A stretch of 27,962 nucleotides of DNA from a virus (taxonomy: Duplodnaviria > Heunggongvirae > Uroviricota > Caudoviricetes), in the IMG/VR virus record IMGVR_UViG_2627853678_000006, positions 1 to 27,962 of that record; one strand, 5' to 3'. The position numbers and the translations under genes are program-made. The notes under the pieces were generated by a model that was not told the DNA's origin, searched no databases, and saw only the letters and a program-made list of their open reading frames with translations. This document shows positions 1-8,235 of the stretch, piece by piece. Positions within the stretch are counted from its first letter, which is position 1. Each line of letters opens with the position of its first letter.

Positions 1-1278
1 TTGAATAACCGCCTGTGTACTTGCTTTATCCAGAATATTCCGTCCAACGTTAGTCAGGGTTGTCAGGCTGGCTGTATCATTCCCCGTAAAATACGGAAGT
101 TTGTCTGCCGCAGTGGCAAGGCCTGCCAGTGCGGTCAGTGTGGCGTCGGCAGGTTGTTTTCCATTGGCAAGGTCATATACAGCCTTCACAGCTTTTGGTG
201 TGGCAGCCTGCGTTTCTGACGTGCTGTTAGTGGCGCTGCTGAGTTGCACGGTGCCTTTTACCGTCAGTGAAGCTGCAGGCACATCCGTTATCTGGCTCCA
301 CGGGTGCGTGTGACTGACAGGTGCCTTACCTGCTGCAAGGTCATATGCCGCCTTCACTGCCTTTGGTGTGGCAGCCTGCGTTTCTGACGTGCTGTTAGTG
401 GCACTGCTGAGTTGCACGGTGCCTTTTACCGTCAGTGAAGCTGCAGGCACATCCGTTATCTGATTCCACGGGTGTGTGTGACTGACAGGTGCCTTACCTG
501 CTGCAAGGTCATATGCCGCCTTCACTGCCTTTGGAGTGGCGGCCTGCGTTTCTGATGTGCTGTTAGTGGCGCTGCTGAGTTGCACAGTGCCTTTTACCGT
601 CAGCGAGGCTGCAGGTACACCTGTTATCTGATTCCACGGGTGTGTGTGACTGGCGGATGCTTTACCTGCTGCAAGATCATATGCAGCCTTCACAGCCTTC
701 GGTGTTGCGGCCAGTATTTCGGATTCACTGTTGGTCGCACTGCTTAACTGAGTAAAACCTTTTGCGGTCAGCGAGGCGTCCGGGTGACGTCGTGACTGTT
801 CGTGCTCTGATATTTTGTCATCCACATACTTGCGAGTTGCCAGTACTACAGCAGGGTCGATTTTCAGGGTGATATTGTCCGTACTGCTGGTAATCAGCAC
901 CATGCGCACGGTCTGGGTGCGCCCGCTGCCTTCAGCCAGTTGCGGTTTATAACTTTCCGGGCAGTTCCCCACGGCAATCAATGCCCCTGACTCATCAAAC
1001 AGGCCCACTTCACGTATCCACCAACCGCCCTCGTTTTCAGGGATCACCTGTTCAGCAATAATCTGGCTGCTGTTCTGCGGGTCGATATAGAGCATATTCA
1101 GCGCAGCCCGGCGTTTCTCATTTACCAGTGCAGTCTGCTTTGCGTCCGGCGTCGGCAATGCTCCGCCGCCATCGCCCACCGCCATATGGGTTATTTTTAG
1201 CGGCACACCAAGCGCGGCGGCGCTGGCAAGTTTCGCCGCGCCAATATCCGTCAGCAGGGTATAAAATTTTGTGCTCAT
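1..1278 (-). CDS. H: Tail fiber protein H, N-terminal part; gene runs off the left edge of the window
   Basis: Manual minus-strand translation from ATG at 1278 gives MSTKFYTLLTDIGAAKLA...MAVGDGGG...YVDDKISEHEQSRRHPDASLTAKGFTQLSSATNS...ATLTALAGLATAADKLPYFTGND, closely matching P2 gpH as I recall it. Frame is open to position 1. Start overlaps the stop of gene I (ATGA). Not in the ORF track because there is no stop inside the window. Confidence 0.85.
   Translation of the reverse strand, partial: MSTKFYTLLTDIGAAKLASAAALGVPLKITHMAVGDGGGALPTPDAKQTALVNEKRRAALNMLYIDPQNSSQIIAEQVIPENEGGWWIREVGLFDESGALIAVGNCPESYKPQLAEGSGRTQTVRMVLITSSTDNITLKIDPAVVLATRKYVDDKISEHEQSRRHPDASLTAKGFTQLSSATNSESEILAATPKAVKAAYDLAAGKASASHTHPWNQITGVPAASLTVKGTVQLSSATNSTSETQAATPKAVKAAYDLAAGKAPVSHTHPWNQITDVPAASLTVKGTVQLSSATNSTSETQAATPKAVKAAYDLAAGKAPVSHTHPWSQITDVPAASLTVKGTVQLSSATNSTSETQAATPKAVKAVYDLANGKQPADATLTALAGLATAADKLPYFTGNDTASLTTLTNVGRNILDKASTQAVIQ
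169..840. repeat. 168-bp tandem repeat inside tail fiber gene H: three near-identical copies (169-336, 337-504, 505-672) plus a diverged fourth (673-~840), in frame (56 aa per unit)
   Basis: Direct reading: the unit beginning aaggtcatat recurs at 169, 337, 505 and 673 with only a few mismatches between the first three copies. Each encodes the phage tail-fibre repeat (SLTVKGTVQLSSATNSTSETQAATPKAVKAAYDLAAGK...SHTHPW). Confidence 0.8.
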
Positions 1279-1880
1279 GGATTCACTCTCATTGTGTCAA
1301 TAACATGGACCGCCCCGCCTTCATGCGCGGTGCCGCCGGAAATAATTGTTTCGTTGATATACGGATAGATCGTGATTTCTTCGCCAAGATAGCTGGCGGC
1401 TCCCACCCAATGCGGGCCGCTGGTCTGCAGGTTGATGGACATGCCGCTCATGTGACGGCTACATGGTTTGGCATCGCTTATCAGTCGCTCAAGTTCCAGA
1501 TAGGTATCTTCAGTGATGCCCTGGTCCTGCACGCCGATATCCAGACGAAACGTGCCCGGTGCCTCTCCGGTCTGCCACCACTCAATAATGCGGATCAGAA
1601 AGCCGAACGGCTCCACCACCCGCCGCACGGCACTGGTGGTCCCTTTATGCTGATGAATATAAAAAGCATCCTTCACTACCTGGCGTTTGACGCTTTCTGT
1701 CCAGCCCTCGTCCCAGCGATCCACAGAGAACGCCCAGGCGAGATAAGGCAGGAAGCTGACCGGACAGGTAGCCGGATTCCACAAGTCACGCAGCAGCACC
1801 TGCAGATCAGAAATCCCACTGCAGGTTTGCGCCAGTCGTCGCTCCAGTGAAGTTGAACCCGGTGGTAGCAGACTATTCAT
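1275..1880 (-). CDS. I: Baseplate assembly protein I
   Basis: 201-aa ORF with the P2 gpI-like motif LWNPATCPVSFLPYLAWAFSVDRWDEGW. Lies between J and H with overlapping stop/start codons. Confidence 0.8.
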   Translation of the reverse strand: MNSLLPPGSTSLERRLAQTCSGISDLQVLLRDLWNPATCPVSFLPYLAWAFSVDRWDEGWTESVKRQVVKDAFYIHQHKGTTSAVRRVVEPFGFLIRIIEWWQTGEAPGTFRLDIGVQDQGITEDTYLELERLISDAKPCSRHMSGMSINLQTSGPHWVGAASYLGEEITIYPYINETIISGGTAHEGGAVHVIDTMRVNP

Positions 1881-2780
1881 CCGTTCCTCCGTTGGTCACG
1901 CTCCACTGCGAACATGATGCCGCCTGCGTTTTGTTCAGAACCACATCCGCCAGCGGAGAAGCCAGTTCCACACGTTGAACACCCTCAACATGCAGCGCGG
2001 CAAAGATGGCACTACGGCGAATATCCCGACCGAGCCGCGTCTGACTGGCGATGTACCTCTGCAGGCTGACTTTTGCCGCTGCCATTACCGGCTCTGCTTC
2101 CGGTCCCGGATAAAGAAAAATGGTGGCTTCCACACGGTACGGGATGATTTCTGCGCTGCGAACCGTCAGACGGTCAGCCACTGGGCGGACGTTCTCACTG
2201 TTCAGGCTTTCTCCACCACATCCAGCAAATCTTTTTCTGCTGTTCCGTCGCCTTCACGGCTCAGGATAGTCAGTACCACCTCTGCAGGTGCCGGACTGGT
2301 TGCACTGGCATCCGCCACCCGACCGTCGGCGCTTCGGGCATGAAATTCATAAGCGGCAGTTGGTCCCGCAACTGAAAGCCCCTCAAAGGCTGCAGGCACA
2401 CGCAGGCGTAACGCTTCATCGCTTTCCATCACTGCTGCAACGGGCGGCACAGCGTTATTATCAGCAGGCGTCACCGTCAGGCGTTTCACGTTGTAGTTGG
2501 CAGCGATCTGGTCAAGATCGCCGCCCATCGCGTAAGCCACCATTACCGCCTGCGCGGCTTCGTTAATGCGCTGGCGCAGAAGCAACTCACGGTAAGCGTT
2601 CTCCTGCAACAATTTGGTGACGGGTTCAGATTCCAGTTCCAGCGTGCGGATCACTGCTTCCTGCTCATCTTTCGGATGAAGCGCCACAAATTCTGCCTTG
2701 CGTTCGGCAAGCAGCGTCTCAAAGTCCGGCACATCCACAATCTGCGGTGCAGGCAACTGCGAAAGGTCAATCACTGCCAT
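1873..2780 (-). pseudogene. J: Baseplate assembly protein J, interrupted as sequenced by a -1 frameshift near 2202-2207
   Basis: ORFs 2202..2819 (true start MAVIDLSQLPAP at 2780) and 1873..2181 are the N- and C-terminal parts of one gpJ-like protein in different frames. Minus-strand junction reads gag aaa gcc tga; adding one base (e.g. gcc ctg) gives continuous ...LLDVVEKALNSENVRPVADRLTV... Combined length is about 302 aa, matching P2 gpJ. Confidence 0.8.
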
Positions 2781-3126
2781 TCTCTGCTCCTGTTGATACT
2801 GAAAGGGACACAGGCACACCGTTATTCCGCCGCCCGGTCAGCTCCACCACCATTGAACCGTCAAAATTGCTGTTAATAGTGATGGAATCCAGCGTCAGCC
2901 GTGGCTCCCAGCGACTCAGTGCCACATACACAGCCGACATAACCTGCAGGCGTAACGCCGGATTTTGTGGCTGATCTATCAGTGCCGACAGCAGGGAACC
3001 ATATTCCCGACGGGCAATGCGGCTACCCTGCGGCGTCAGCAGAATGTCCCGCACCGACTGGCGCAGGTGGTCAATATCAGTAATGGCTTTACCGCTGGTA
3101 TTGTTCATCCCGCTATAAAGCGTCAT
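2767..3126 (-). CDS. W: Baseplate protein W (gp25/GPW family)
   Basis: 119-aa ORF, size and position between V and J as in P2; sequence typical of GPW family (…ILLTPQGSRIARREYGS…). Confidence 0.8.
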   Translation of the reverse strand: MTLYSGMNNTSGKAITDIDHLRQSVRDILLTPQGSRIARREYGSLLSALIDQPQNPALRLQVMSAVYVALSRWEPRLTLDSITINSNFDGSMVVELTGRRNNGVPVSLSVSTGAENGSD

Positions 3127-3701
3127 ACCGGGCCTCCGGTTGTGTCGCCGCCTTTCAGGACGCCAGTATGCTGATGCGCATCAACCACGATCCCGTTAGA
3201 ACTCATCGCTCCGCCGCCCTGGGTAACGCCACCATTGATCACCACTTCGCTGTTAATGCGCGTGCGGTCAGCCTCCAGAACAAACTCACTGGTTTTCAGG
3301 GTGATGTTGCCAGCGGCCTCAATGACCATTGATTTGATGCCCCTGACATACCAGCGCCCGGTGGCGGGTTCGTATTCAAACCAGCCACCGTCAGGATGTT
3401 CTGTCACGCAGGCGTCCGCCGACGTCGACGGTGGCGCGAACTGATTCGAATAGATAGCGGGTAACGCAAAGGCTGTTTCCAGATTGCCGCCCAGACTAAG
3501 CAGCACCACCTGCTCACCTTCCGATGGTCGCCACCATGTGCGGGCATTCCCGGCACGCAGCGTCAGCCAGCTGATCCAGTTGGTTTCAAGCTCGCCCGTT
3601 TTCACCCGGCAAAGCCAGTTCTCCCGGTCCACTTCGGTGACTACCCCAGTGCGGATCAGGTTGGTGATAAGGCGCATGATTTCGGTTAGTTGTGCGTTCA
3701 T
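3123..3701 (-). CDS. V: Baseplate spike / central tail protein V
   Basis: ORF 3123..3809; chosen start is the internal ATG at 3699-3701 (MNAQLTEIMRLITNLIRTGVVTEVD), which aligns with the P2 gpV N-terminus. The 36-codon upstream extension looks non-native. No obvious Shine-Dalgarno at either start. Confidence 0.7.
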   Translation of the reverse strand: MNAQLTEIMRLITNLIRTGVVTEVDRENWLCRVKTGELETNWISWLTLRAGNARTWWRPSEGEQVVLLSLGGNLETAFALPAIYSNQFAPPSTSADACVTEHPDGGWFEYEPATGRWYVRGIKSMVIEAAGNITLKTSEFVLEADRTRINSEVVINGGVTQGGGAMSSNGIVVDAHQHTGVLKGGDTTGGPV

Positions 3702-3747
3702 AGGGTTAGGTTGCACGGACCTTGAATCTATGGCATCAATACGTCCT

Positions 3748-3765
3748 TGTGTGGTAAATGACACA
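3748..3765 (-). promoter_or_regulatory. TGT-N12-ACA dyad, candidate Ogr/Delta-type late-promoter activator site for the V-W-J-I-H operon
   Basis: tgt gtggtaaatgac aca read directly, centred about 55 bp upstream of the V ATG. P2-family late promoters carry this dyad upstream of the start site. Confidence 0.4.
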
Positions 3766-3796
3766 AATACAATTCCAATCGAAGAAAGGTAAAAGA

Positions 3797-4327
3797 ATGA
3801 GCCATCCAATTGATTATTACGCTATAGAAGAACACGCAAGAATAATTGAGCAATTATGCTGTTCATCTGAATTTTATTTACAGCGTATATATTCCACACA
3901 GAAAGTATATGATGGTTCTATAGTAACTGAATTTGAAATGGAGGAGTTATCGTACAACGGATGGTTGGAATATACCATTAGCAACAATCTTATTAGCCTT
4001 TGTACAAAACTACGAATTCTCCAAGACACTAATGAACATGAGTGGAACCCAGATTACTCACCTGAGAAAGAAGCATTTGAAGAACATGAAAATATACTTT
4101 TTGTTATAGATGGTCATGTTAAAGGTTCTATACGCGAATGCTGCAATAAAATTATTCACGCATTAAGTTTTGAGTTAACAAAAAAGACCGGCAAAAATGG
4201 AATAAAATATTGGGATGGTTCTATTATTGCTTCTGGGGTTCAAAACAAAAAAAACTGGAAAATTAAAATAGACCTTTTCCCTTTTTGCCAAAGCATAAAA
4301 AGTTATTTAAGTTTATTAAGTGCGTAA
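3797..4327 (+). CDS. Hypothetical protein, AT-rich moron antisense to the late tail operon
   Basis: ORF 3758..4327; preferred start ATG 3797 preceded by aaaggt. Visibly AT-rich versus flanking genes. No recognisable motif. Sits between S and the V late-promoter dyad, where I recall P2 orf30. Confidence 0.55.
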   Translation: MSHPIDYYAIEEHARIIEQLCCSSEFYLQRIYSTQKVYDGSIVTEFEMEELSYNGWLEYTISNNLISLCTKLRILQDTNEHEWNPDYSPEKEAFEEHENILFVIDGHVKGSIRECCNKIIHALSFELTKKTGKNGIKYWDGSIIASGVQNKKNWKIKIDLFPFCQSIKSYLSLLSA

Positions 4328-4332
4328 ACATT

Positions 4333-4785
4333 CTAATTTTTCATCAAAAAATACTTTAAAAGTAAATCTCTTACTTCATTTTCAGTATGTTCATTTAAAC
4401 CCAGCAATTTTCGGGATGGATACTTAATGACTCCCCCCTTTGGACTGACGCGATCGCGCAGGCCGTAATGATGAACGCGGGCAATGCGCTGCACCTTACC
4501 TTCAAACTGTACGCTGGCAGAATCCGCGCTGGCGGCGGTTTTCAGGTATTTTGTGGTGCGCAGCTTTGCAAACATCTGACGTTTGATGCGCCCTTTTTTA
4601 CTTCGTGCTGTTACCCGTCGCGGTTCATAGCTGCTGCCGTCAGGGTTGCGCTGCATCCTGATATTCTGCTGCTGTGTCCGGCGCAGTTCCTGCGCCAGCT
4701 GGCGCATCATGCGGCTTCTGGCGGCTGGTTCCAGATTCGCCAGCAAGGCACTCAGCCAGTCGTCCACTTTCTGCAGTTCAGCCAC
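4333..4785 (-). CDS. S: Tail completion protein S
   Basis: 150-aa ORF matching the size of P2 gpS, downstream of R with overlapping codons. Confidence 0.8.
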   Translation of the reverse strand: MAELQKVDDWLSALLANLEPAARSRMMRQLAQELRRTQQQNIRMQRNPDGSSYEPRRVTARSKKGRIKRQMFAKLRTTKYLKTAASADSASVQFEGKVQRIARVHHYGLRDRVSPKGGVIKYPSRKLLGLNEHTENEVRDLLLKYFLMKN

Positions 4786-5230
4786 GTTTCACCGTCCACA
4801 TTTCTTCAGGTTCATCGGGTTCCGCTACAGCTTCAACGCTCGACACACTGCCGTCAGTGCTGACCAGCACACGTTCCGTCAGTTGCAGGTTAAGGCTGAT
4901 ATCACAGACATCGTTGCGCAGAATATCCACCTCAAAGGTGAATAGTTTTTCCCGTAACGCCGGGTTATTGATGGCATCGGGCTGGTTATCCCTCAGCCAC
5001 AGCAAAACCGGGGCCATCAGCAGATTCTGGTCGCCGCTGAAATCCTCAATCACCGCGTTCAGTGTGTAACGGTACTCCCACGACATGGAGCTGGCCCCCG
5101 TGGCAACCAGCGAACCGTTATCCACAAACAGATGCAGTTTGTCCGGGTTATTGCGGACATAAGGCACCGCTTTATTGAGGGCGTGGCGCAGGGATTGTGG
5201 TTTGTTCACTGTTTCGCTCCTGACACGCAA
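4778..5230 (-). CDS. R: Tail completion protein R
   Basis: 150-aa ORF; motif FVDNGSL...YRYTLNAVIEDFSGD...LLWLRDNQPD resembles P2 gpR. Confidence 0.8.
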   Translation of the reverse strand: MRVRSETVNKPQSLRHALNKAVPYVRNNPDKLHLFVDNGSLVATGASSMSWEYRYTLNAVIEDFSGDQNLLMAPVLLWLRDNQPDAINNPALREKLFTFEVDILRNDVCDISLNLQLTERVLVSTDGSVSSVEAVAEPDEPEEMWTVKRG

Positions 5231-5462
5231 TAATCATGTCCACTTTGTCTGCACAGACCGCCCAGGCGGCCTCCGTTTCATCCAGCAACGCATTCAGATC
5301 ACCGTTAGTGCGTGGTGCTGCCTGCTCCAGCCGACACGGCGTCACTCGCGGACAACCACTGACGGTAAGCTGCACCTCCGGTGAGTGCCGGACGTTCCCG
5401 CAGCCGGATAATGTCAGCAGGCAAAGGAGTATCAGCCCAGTGGCGTAAATCCTCGTTCTCAC
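5172..5462 (-). CDS. lysC: o-spanin (LysC/Rz1-like outer-membrane lipoprotein)
   Basis: Signal peptide with lipobox (LLCLLTLSGC), Pro-rich. Begins inside lysB in another frame and extends past it, the P2 lysB/lysC arrangement. Confidence 0.6.
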   Translation of the reverse strand: MRTRIYATGLILLCLLTLSGCGNVRHSPEVQLTVSGCPRVTPCRLEQAAPRTNGDLNALLDETEAAWAVCADKVDMIIACQERNSEQTTIPAPRPQ

Positions 5463-5733
5463 GTTTCAGTTCCTCGATCCGGCGTTGTCGTTGTCTCAGC
5501 TGTACGCTGGTCTGTTCTGCTTCGGCATAGAGCCGCGCCTGCTCCCGGTTATTGGTTTCAGTCAGAATGGACAGGCTGATAAGCTGGCTGTTGCTCTTTG
5601 CCAGTGCCTGGCTTTTGCTCTGCAGCTTGTTTGCCTGCGTGCTGATGGTCTGGCTGGCATCAGCCAGCCGCCACGTCTGCCAGCCCAGCGCCGCCAGTAA
5701 TAACGCCAGCACAACCAGCAGCAACCGGTTCAT
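5305..5733 (-). CDS. lysB: i-spanin (LysB/Rz-like)
   Basis: N-terminal transmembrane helix (LLLVVLALLLAALGW) followed by a charged coiled-coil region (QRQRRIEELKRENEDLRHW); 142 aa. Confidence 0.7.
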   Translation of the reverse strand: MNRLLLVVLALLLAALGWQTWRLADASQTISTQANKLQSKSQALAKSNSQLISLSILTETNNREQARLYAEAEQTSVQLRQRQRRIEELKRENEDLRHWADTPLPADIIRLRERPALTGGAAYRQWLSASDAVSAGAGSTTH

Positions 5734-6107
5734 GCTGATACCTGTTGCGCCATCTGATTACGGGTCATCCAGAAGGCAATAACGGTCAGCAGATAAAAGA
5801 CCAGGGTAATAGCCCACCCCGTCCAGGCGAGACTTACAACAATCAGCAATCGCATCACCCAACTGGTAAATACATTTTCTTTTCGGGTAATTGTCTTCAG
5901 CAAAGATGCCCTTAACTCCTGCCAGAGCGGGCCATTCTTAATTAACGCAGCCAGTGCTACCGGAATTACCGCCCATGTCAGCAAACAGGCTACCCAAACG
6001 CCGGACGCTGACAGTACCGGAAAAATCCCCTGCGGATACACCATTGCTGCGATTAACAGCGCCATCCATAACATCAGAAATAGTCCGCTGATTAATTTCT
6101 TTTTCAT
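5730..6107 (-). CDS. lysA: LysA-like membrane protein (lysis timing)
   Basis: Multi-TM protein starting MKKKLISGLFLMLW at ATG 6105-6107. The longer ORF to 6179 adds 24 non-hydrophobic codons. Confidence 0.6.
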   Translation of the reverse strand: MKKKLISGLFLMLWMALLIAAMVYPQGIFPVLSASGVWVACLLTWAVIPVALAALIKNGPLWQELRASLLKTITRKENVFTSWVMRLLIVVSLAWTGWAITLVFYLLTVIAFWMTRNQMAQQVSA

Positions 6108-6108
6108 T

Positions 6109-6619
6109 TCAGTTTGCTCCCTGTAAACACCAGGCCATCTCCCGCGCACGGCGGTTATCCAGCCCCTGATTAAACACACCTTTTACATAAACCCAGCGCG
6201 GCAACTGTCGGCACGCATCCGCCCAGCGCCGCTGATTGAGCAATTTCACCAGCGTGGAACTACAGGCATTGCCCGTCCCCACGTTGAAGGCAAACGACAC
6301 CGTAGCGTCATACACCTTCTGTGGTGGCTGTTGCTTCACACACCTTTCCAGTGCCCGCTCCACACGCAGCACGTTGGAGATCAGCCTTCTGCTGCCTGTC
6401 GTTCCGTGATTGTTTTGCCGGGAATGACGCCCGATGTATTACCAATGCCGTCGGTCCAGACACCCGCGCTGCACTGATACGGCTGCAGACGACAGCCTCG
6501 TAATCGGCAATCAGTTTCAGCCCCTCCACGGAGGTGTGAAGCTGCTGAAAACCCGGCAGCGTGGCAGCAATAGCCAGCACGGCCCCGACAAGGCAGCGTT
6601 TAACGATTGATGGATTCAT
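6109..6619 (-). pseudogene. K: Endolysin (GH24 T4-type lysozyme with signal-anchor N-terminus), interrupted as sequenced by two -1 frameshifts
   Basis: Manual three-frame translation. Frame A from ATG 6619 gives MNPSIVKRCLVGAVLAIAATLPGF...LKLIADYE. The conserved core GCRLQPYQCSAGVWTDGIGNTSGVIPGKTITERQAAEG is in a second frame (about 6386-6496). LISNVLRVERALERCV...YDATVSFAFNVGTGNACSSTLVKLLNQ is in a third (ORF 6109..6372). Junctions at about 6493-6499 and 6382-6386 each lack one base in a short G/C run. Confidence 0.8.
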
Positions 6620-6815
6620 AGCCCTCCCGCGAGATCTGCCCGTCGCGCAGAAGCTGGTAGGCTTTGTGCTTGTAGTACCAGTTGATAGCCAGCATCAGCA
6701 CACCAATCATCAGGCCGCCCAGCGTTGAGGCATCCTTGATGGACAAATCGCCCAGCCAGGCCAGCACGACGGCGATGCAATACGTGATAAAGGTGCTGAT
6801 TCGCTCAAGCGTCAT
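6600..6815 (-). CDS. Y: Holin
   Basis: 71-aa ORF with two hydrophobic segments and a charged C-terminus, immediately upstream of the endolysin and downstream of X. Confidence 0.65.
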   Translation of the reverse strand: MTLERISTFITYCIAVVLAWLGDLSIKDASTLGGLMIGVLMLAINWYYKHKAYQLLRDGQISREGYESINR

Positions 6816-6818
6816 AAT

Positions 6819-7022
6819 TCAGTCCCATAGCTGGACGGTCTGCACGGTGGTGGTGGTCGGAATGTCCGGCAGCTCCACCTGCAGCCCGTGAGGTAAAAAG
6901 GGGCCGTATTCGGCAAGCCCCGGATTTGCCTTCAGTACCTGCTCCGTGACACCCTGCGTGCGCCCGTAATGACGCCAGCAAAGCGCGTCCACCGTGTCAT
7001 ACTGATGCGCACGCACTTTCAT
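6819..7022 (-). CDS. X: Tail protein X
   Basis: 67-aa ORF, same length as P2 gpX, between L and the holin. Confidence 0.8.
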   Translation of the reverse strand: MKVRAHQYDTVDALCWRHYGRTQGVTEQVLKANPGLAEYGPFLPHGLQVELPDIPTTTTVQTVQLWD

Positions 7023-7486
7023 CAGATAAGCTCCACTGTGCAGTGCGGCGCATCCTGTACCCGGCTGATGGCCCAGCGTGCGTCACGCCACAAATCACCG
7101 CTGGATTCCGCCAGTTCCTCGCCTCGCTTCACACCGGATGCCGTGGCGTCATAGTCCTGGTATCGTTCGTTGAGCATGGCGCGTGCCCAGCAGTAAACCG
7201 CGTTGAAATAGTGCTGAATGCGCTCACTTTTGCCGTCCAACTGTTCCGCCGGAACCTCAGCCAGCGACACATACCCCAGCATCTGCTGACGTCTGCGGAA
7301 CTCATACAGCTCTGCGTTGACCTCCGAAATTGCCGACAGCGCAACCTGCTTTAAACGCGGCTGCGTCACCGTGCCGTCAGTGCGCATGACACTGCGAAAC
7401 TCCGACAGGTCCACATCAGGCCAGAACGGCGTATTTCTGATGATTTCCGCCTGTTCCGGTGCCTGTTCTGGCGCAACAAACTTCAT
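7022..7486 (-). CDS. L: Head completion/stabilisation protein L
   Basis: Start taken at ATG 7484-7486 (MKFVAPEQ) with GGAG Shine-Dalgarno; the track ORF extends to 7549. Confidence 0.75.
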   Translation of the reverse strand: MKFVAPEQAPEQAEIIRNTPFWPDVDLSEFRSVMRTDGTVTQPRLKQVALSAISEVNAELYEFRRRQQMLGYVSLAEVPAEQLDGKSERIQHYFNAVYCWARAMLNERYQDYDATASGVKRGEELAESSGDLWRDARWAISRVQDAPHCTVELI

Positions 7487-7581
7487 GCTGCTTTCTCCTG
7501 AAATAGAGGGCGGTGGACGGGGTTTTGATGTGGCAGTGCCTTTCGCCACCCCGTGCCGCCCGTGCGCGGGGGCACGTTCTG

Positions 7582-8232
7582 TCAGCGGCTGTCATTGCGC
7601 AGTCTGCGCTCCAGCTGCTGTTTGTCTTTTTTCACGCCACAGCGGGGATCGAGCTGTAACGCATGGTTGAGATGATTAAGGGCGGAAGCCGGATTGCTTT
7701 CACTCAGGACAGCGCCAATCGCTTTATGCAGACGCGCCCGTGACTGGTCCGGCATATCCAGACCGTCTATCAGCTCCAGCGTCTGCAACAACAGATCGGC
7801 ATCAAAGCCGGTGGCGGCAAGCATTGCGCTCTGCGCGGCGTCTGCCATTTCCTCTGCCAGCACGGTCTGCACATTGCGGTTACCCAGTGGCATCACCCAG
7901 CCATGACGCAGGGCATGACGCCCGATCTCCAGCGCCCCGGCATAATCTCCGGCATCAATGCGCCACAGCATCACGTACATCAGTACGTCATCCTGTTGAG
8001 TGCCTCCGGCAGCCAGGACGCCCTCTGCCCAAGCGGCGTACTTCGGCAGCAGCTCCACCTTTATTTCCGCTTTTTTCACCGTGGACTGAACGCCCTTGAG
8101 ACGGCGGCGGTCTTCCGCCAGTTGCAGCAGCATCAGGTCATAGCCCGACGCGTGGCGAACACTGCCGCCCTCGCGGGCGGCCTGTTCAGCCTGAACGCGC
8201 AGGCGATGCTGCCGTGCGGGACTCAGGCTCAT
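7582..8232 (-). CDS. M: Terminase endonuclease (small) subunit M
   Basis: 216-aa ORF directly after capsid gene N, P2 gpM position. Confidence 0.75.
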   Translation of the reverse strand: MSLSPARQHRLRVQAEQAAREGGSVRHASGYDLMLLQLAEDRRRLKGVQSTVKKAEIKVELLPKYAAWAEGVLAAGGTQQDDVLMYVMLWRIDAGDYAGALEIGRHALRHGWVMPLGNRNVQTVLAEEMADAAQSAMLAATGFDADLLLQTLELIDGLDMPDQSRARLHKAIGAVLSESNPASALNHLNHALQLDPRCGVKKDKQQLERRLRNDSR

Positions 8233-8235
8233 GGG

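Noticed and set aside
1-313. Plus-strand ORFs 1..219 and 101..313 in the ORF track
   Set aside because: They are antisense to the tail fiber H frame, which is open on the minus strand throughout and clearly homologous to gpH; they are frame artefacts of the repeat region.
169-840. Tandem repeats as a possible CRISPR or VNTR array
   Set aside because: The unit is 168 bp with no short spacer-repeat alternation and is an exact multiple of 3 inside an open tail-fibre reading frame; these are coding domain repeats.
1128-1850. 240-aa plus-strand ORF
   Set aside because: Antisense to H and I; translation is Arg/Ala/Pro-rich, typical of the reverse frame of a GC-rich gene.
3702-3809. 36-codon N-terminal extension of the gpV ORF
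   Set aside because: The extension has no similarity to the gpV N-terminus and would run through the late-promoter dyad; the internal ATG at 3701 gives the conserved N-terminus.
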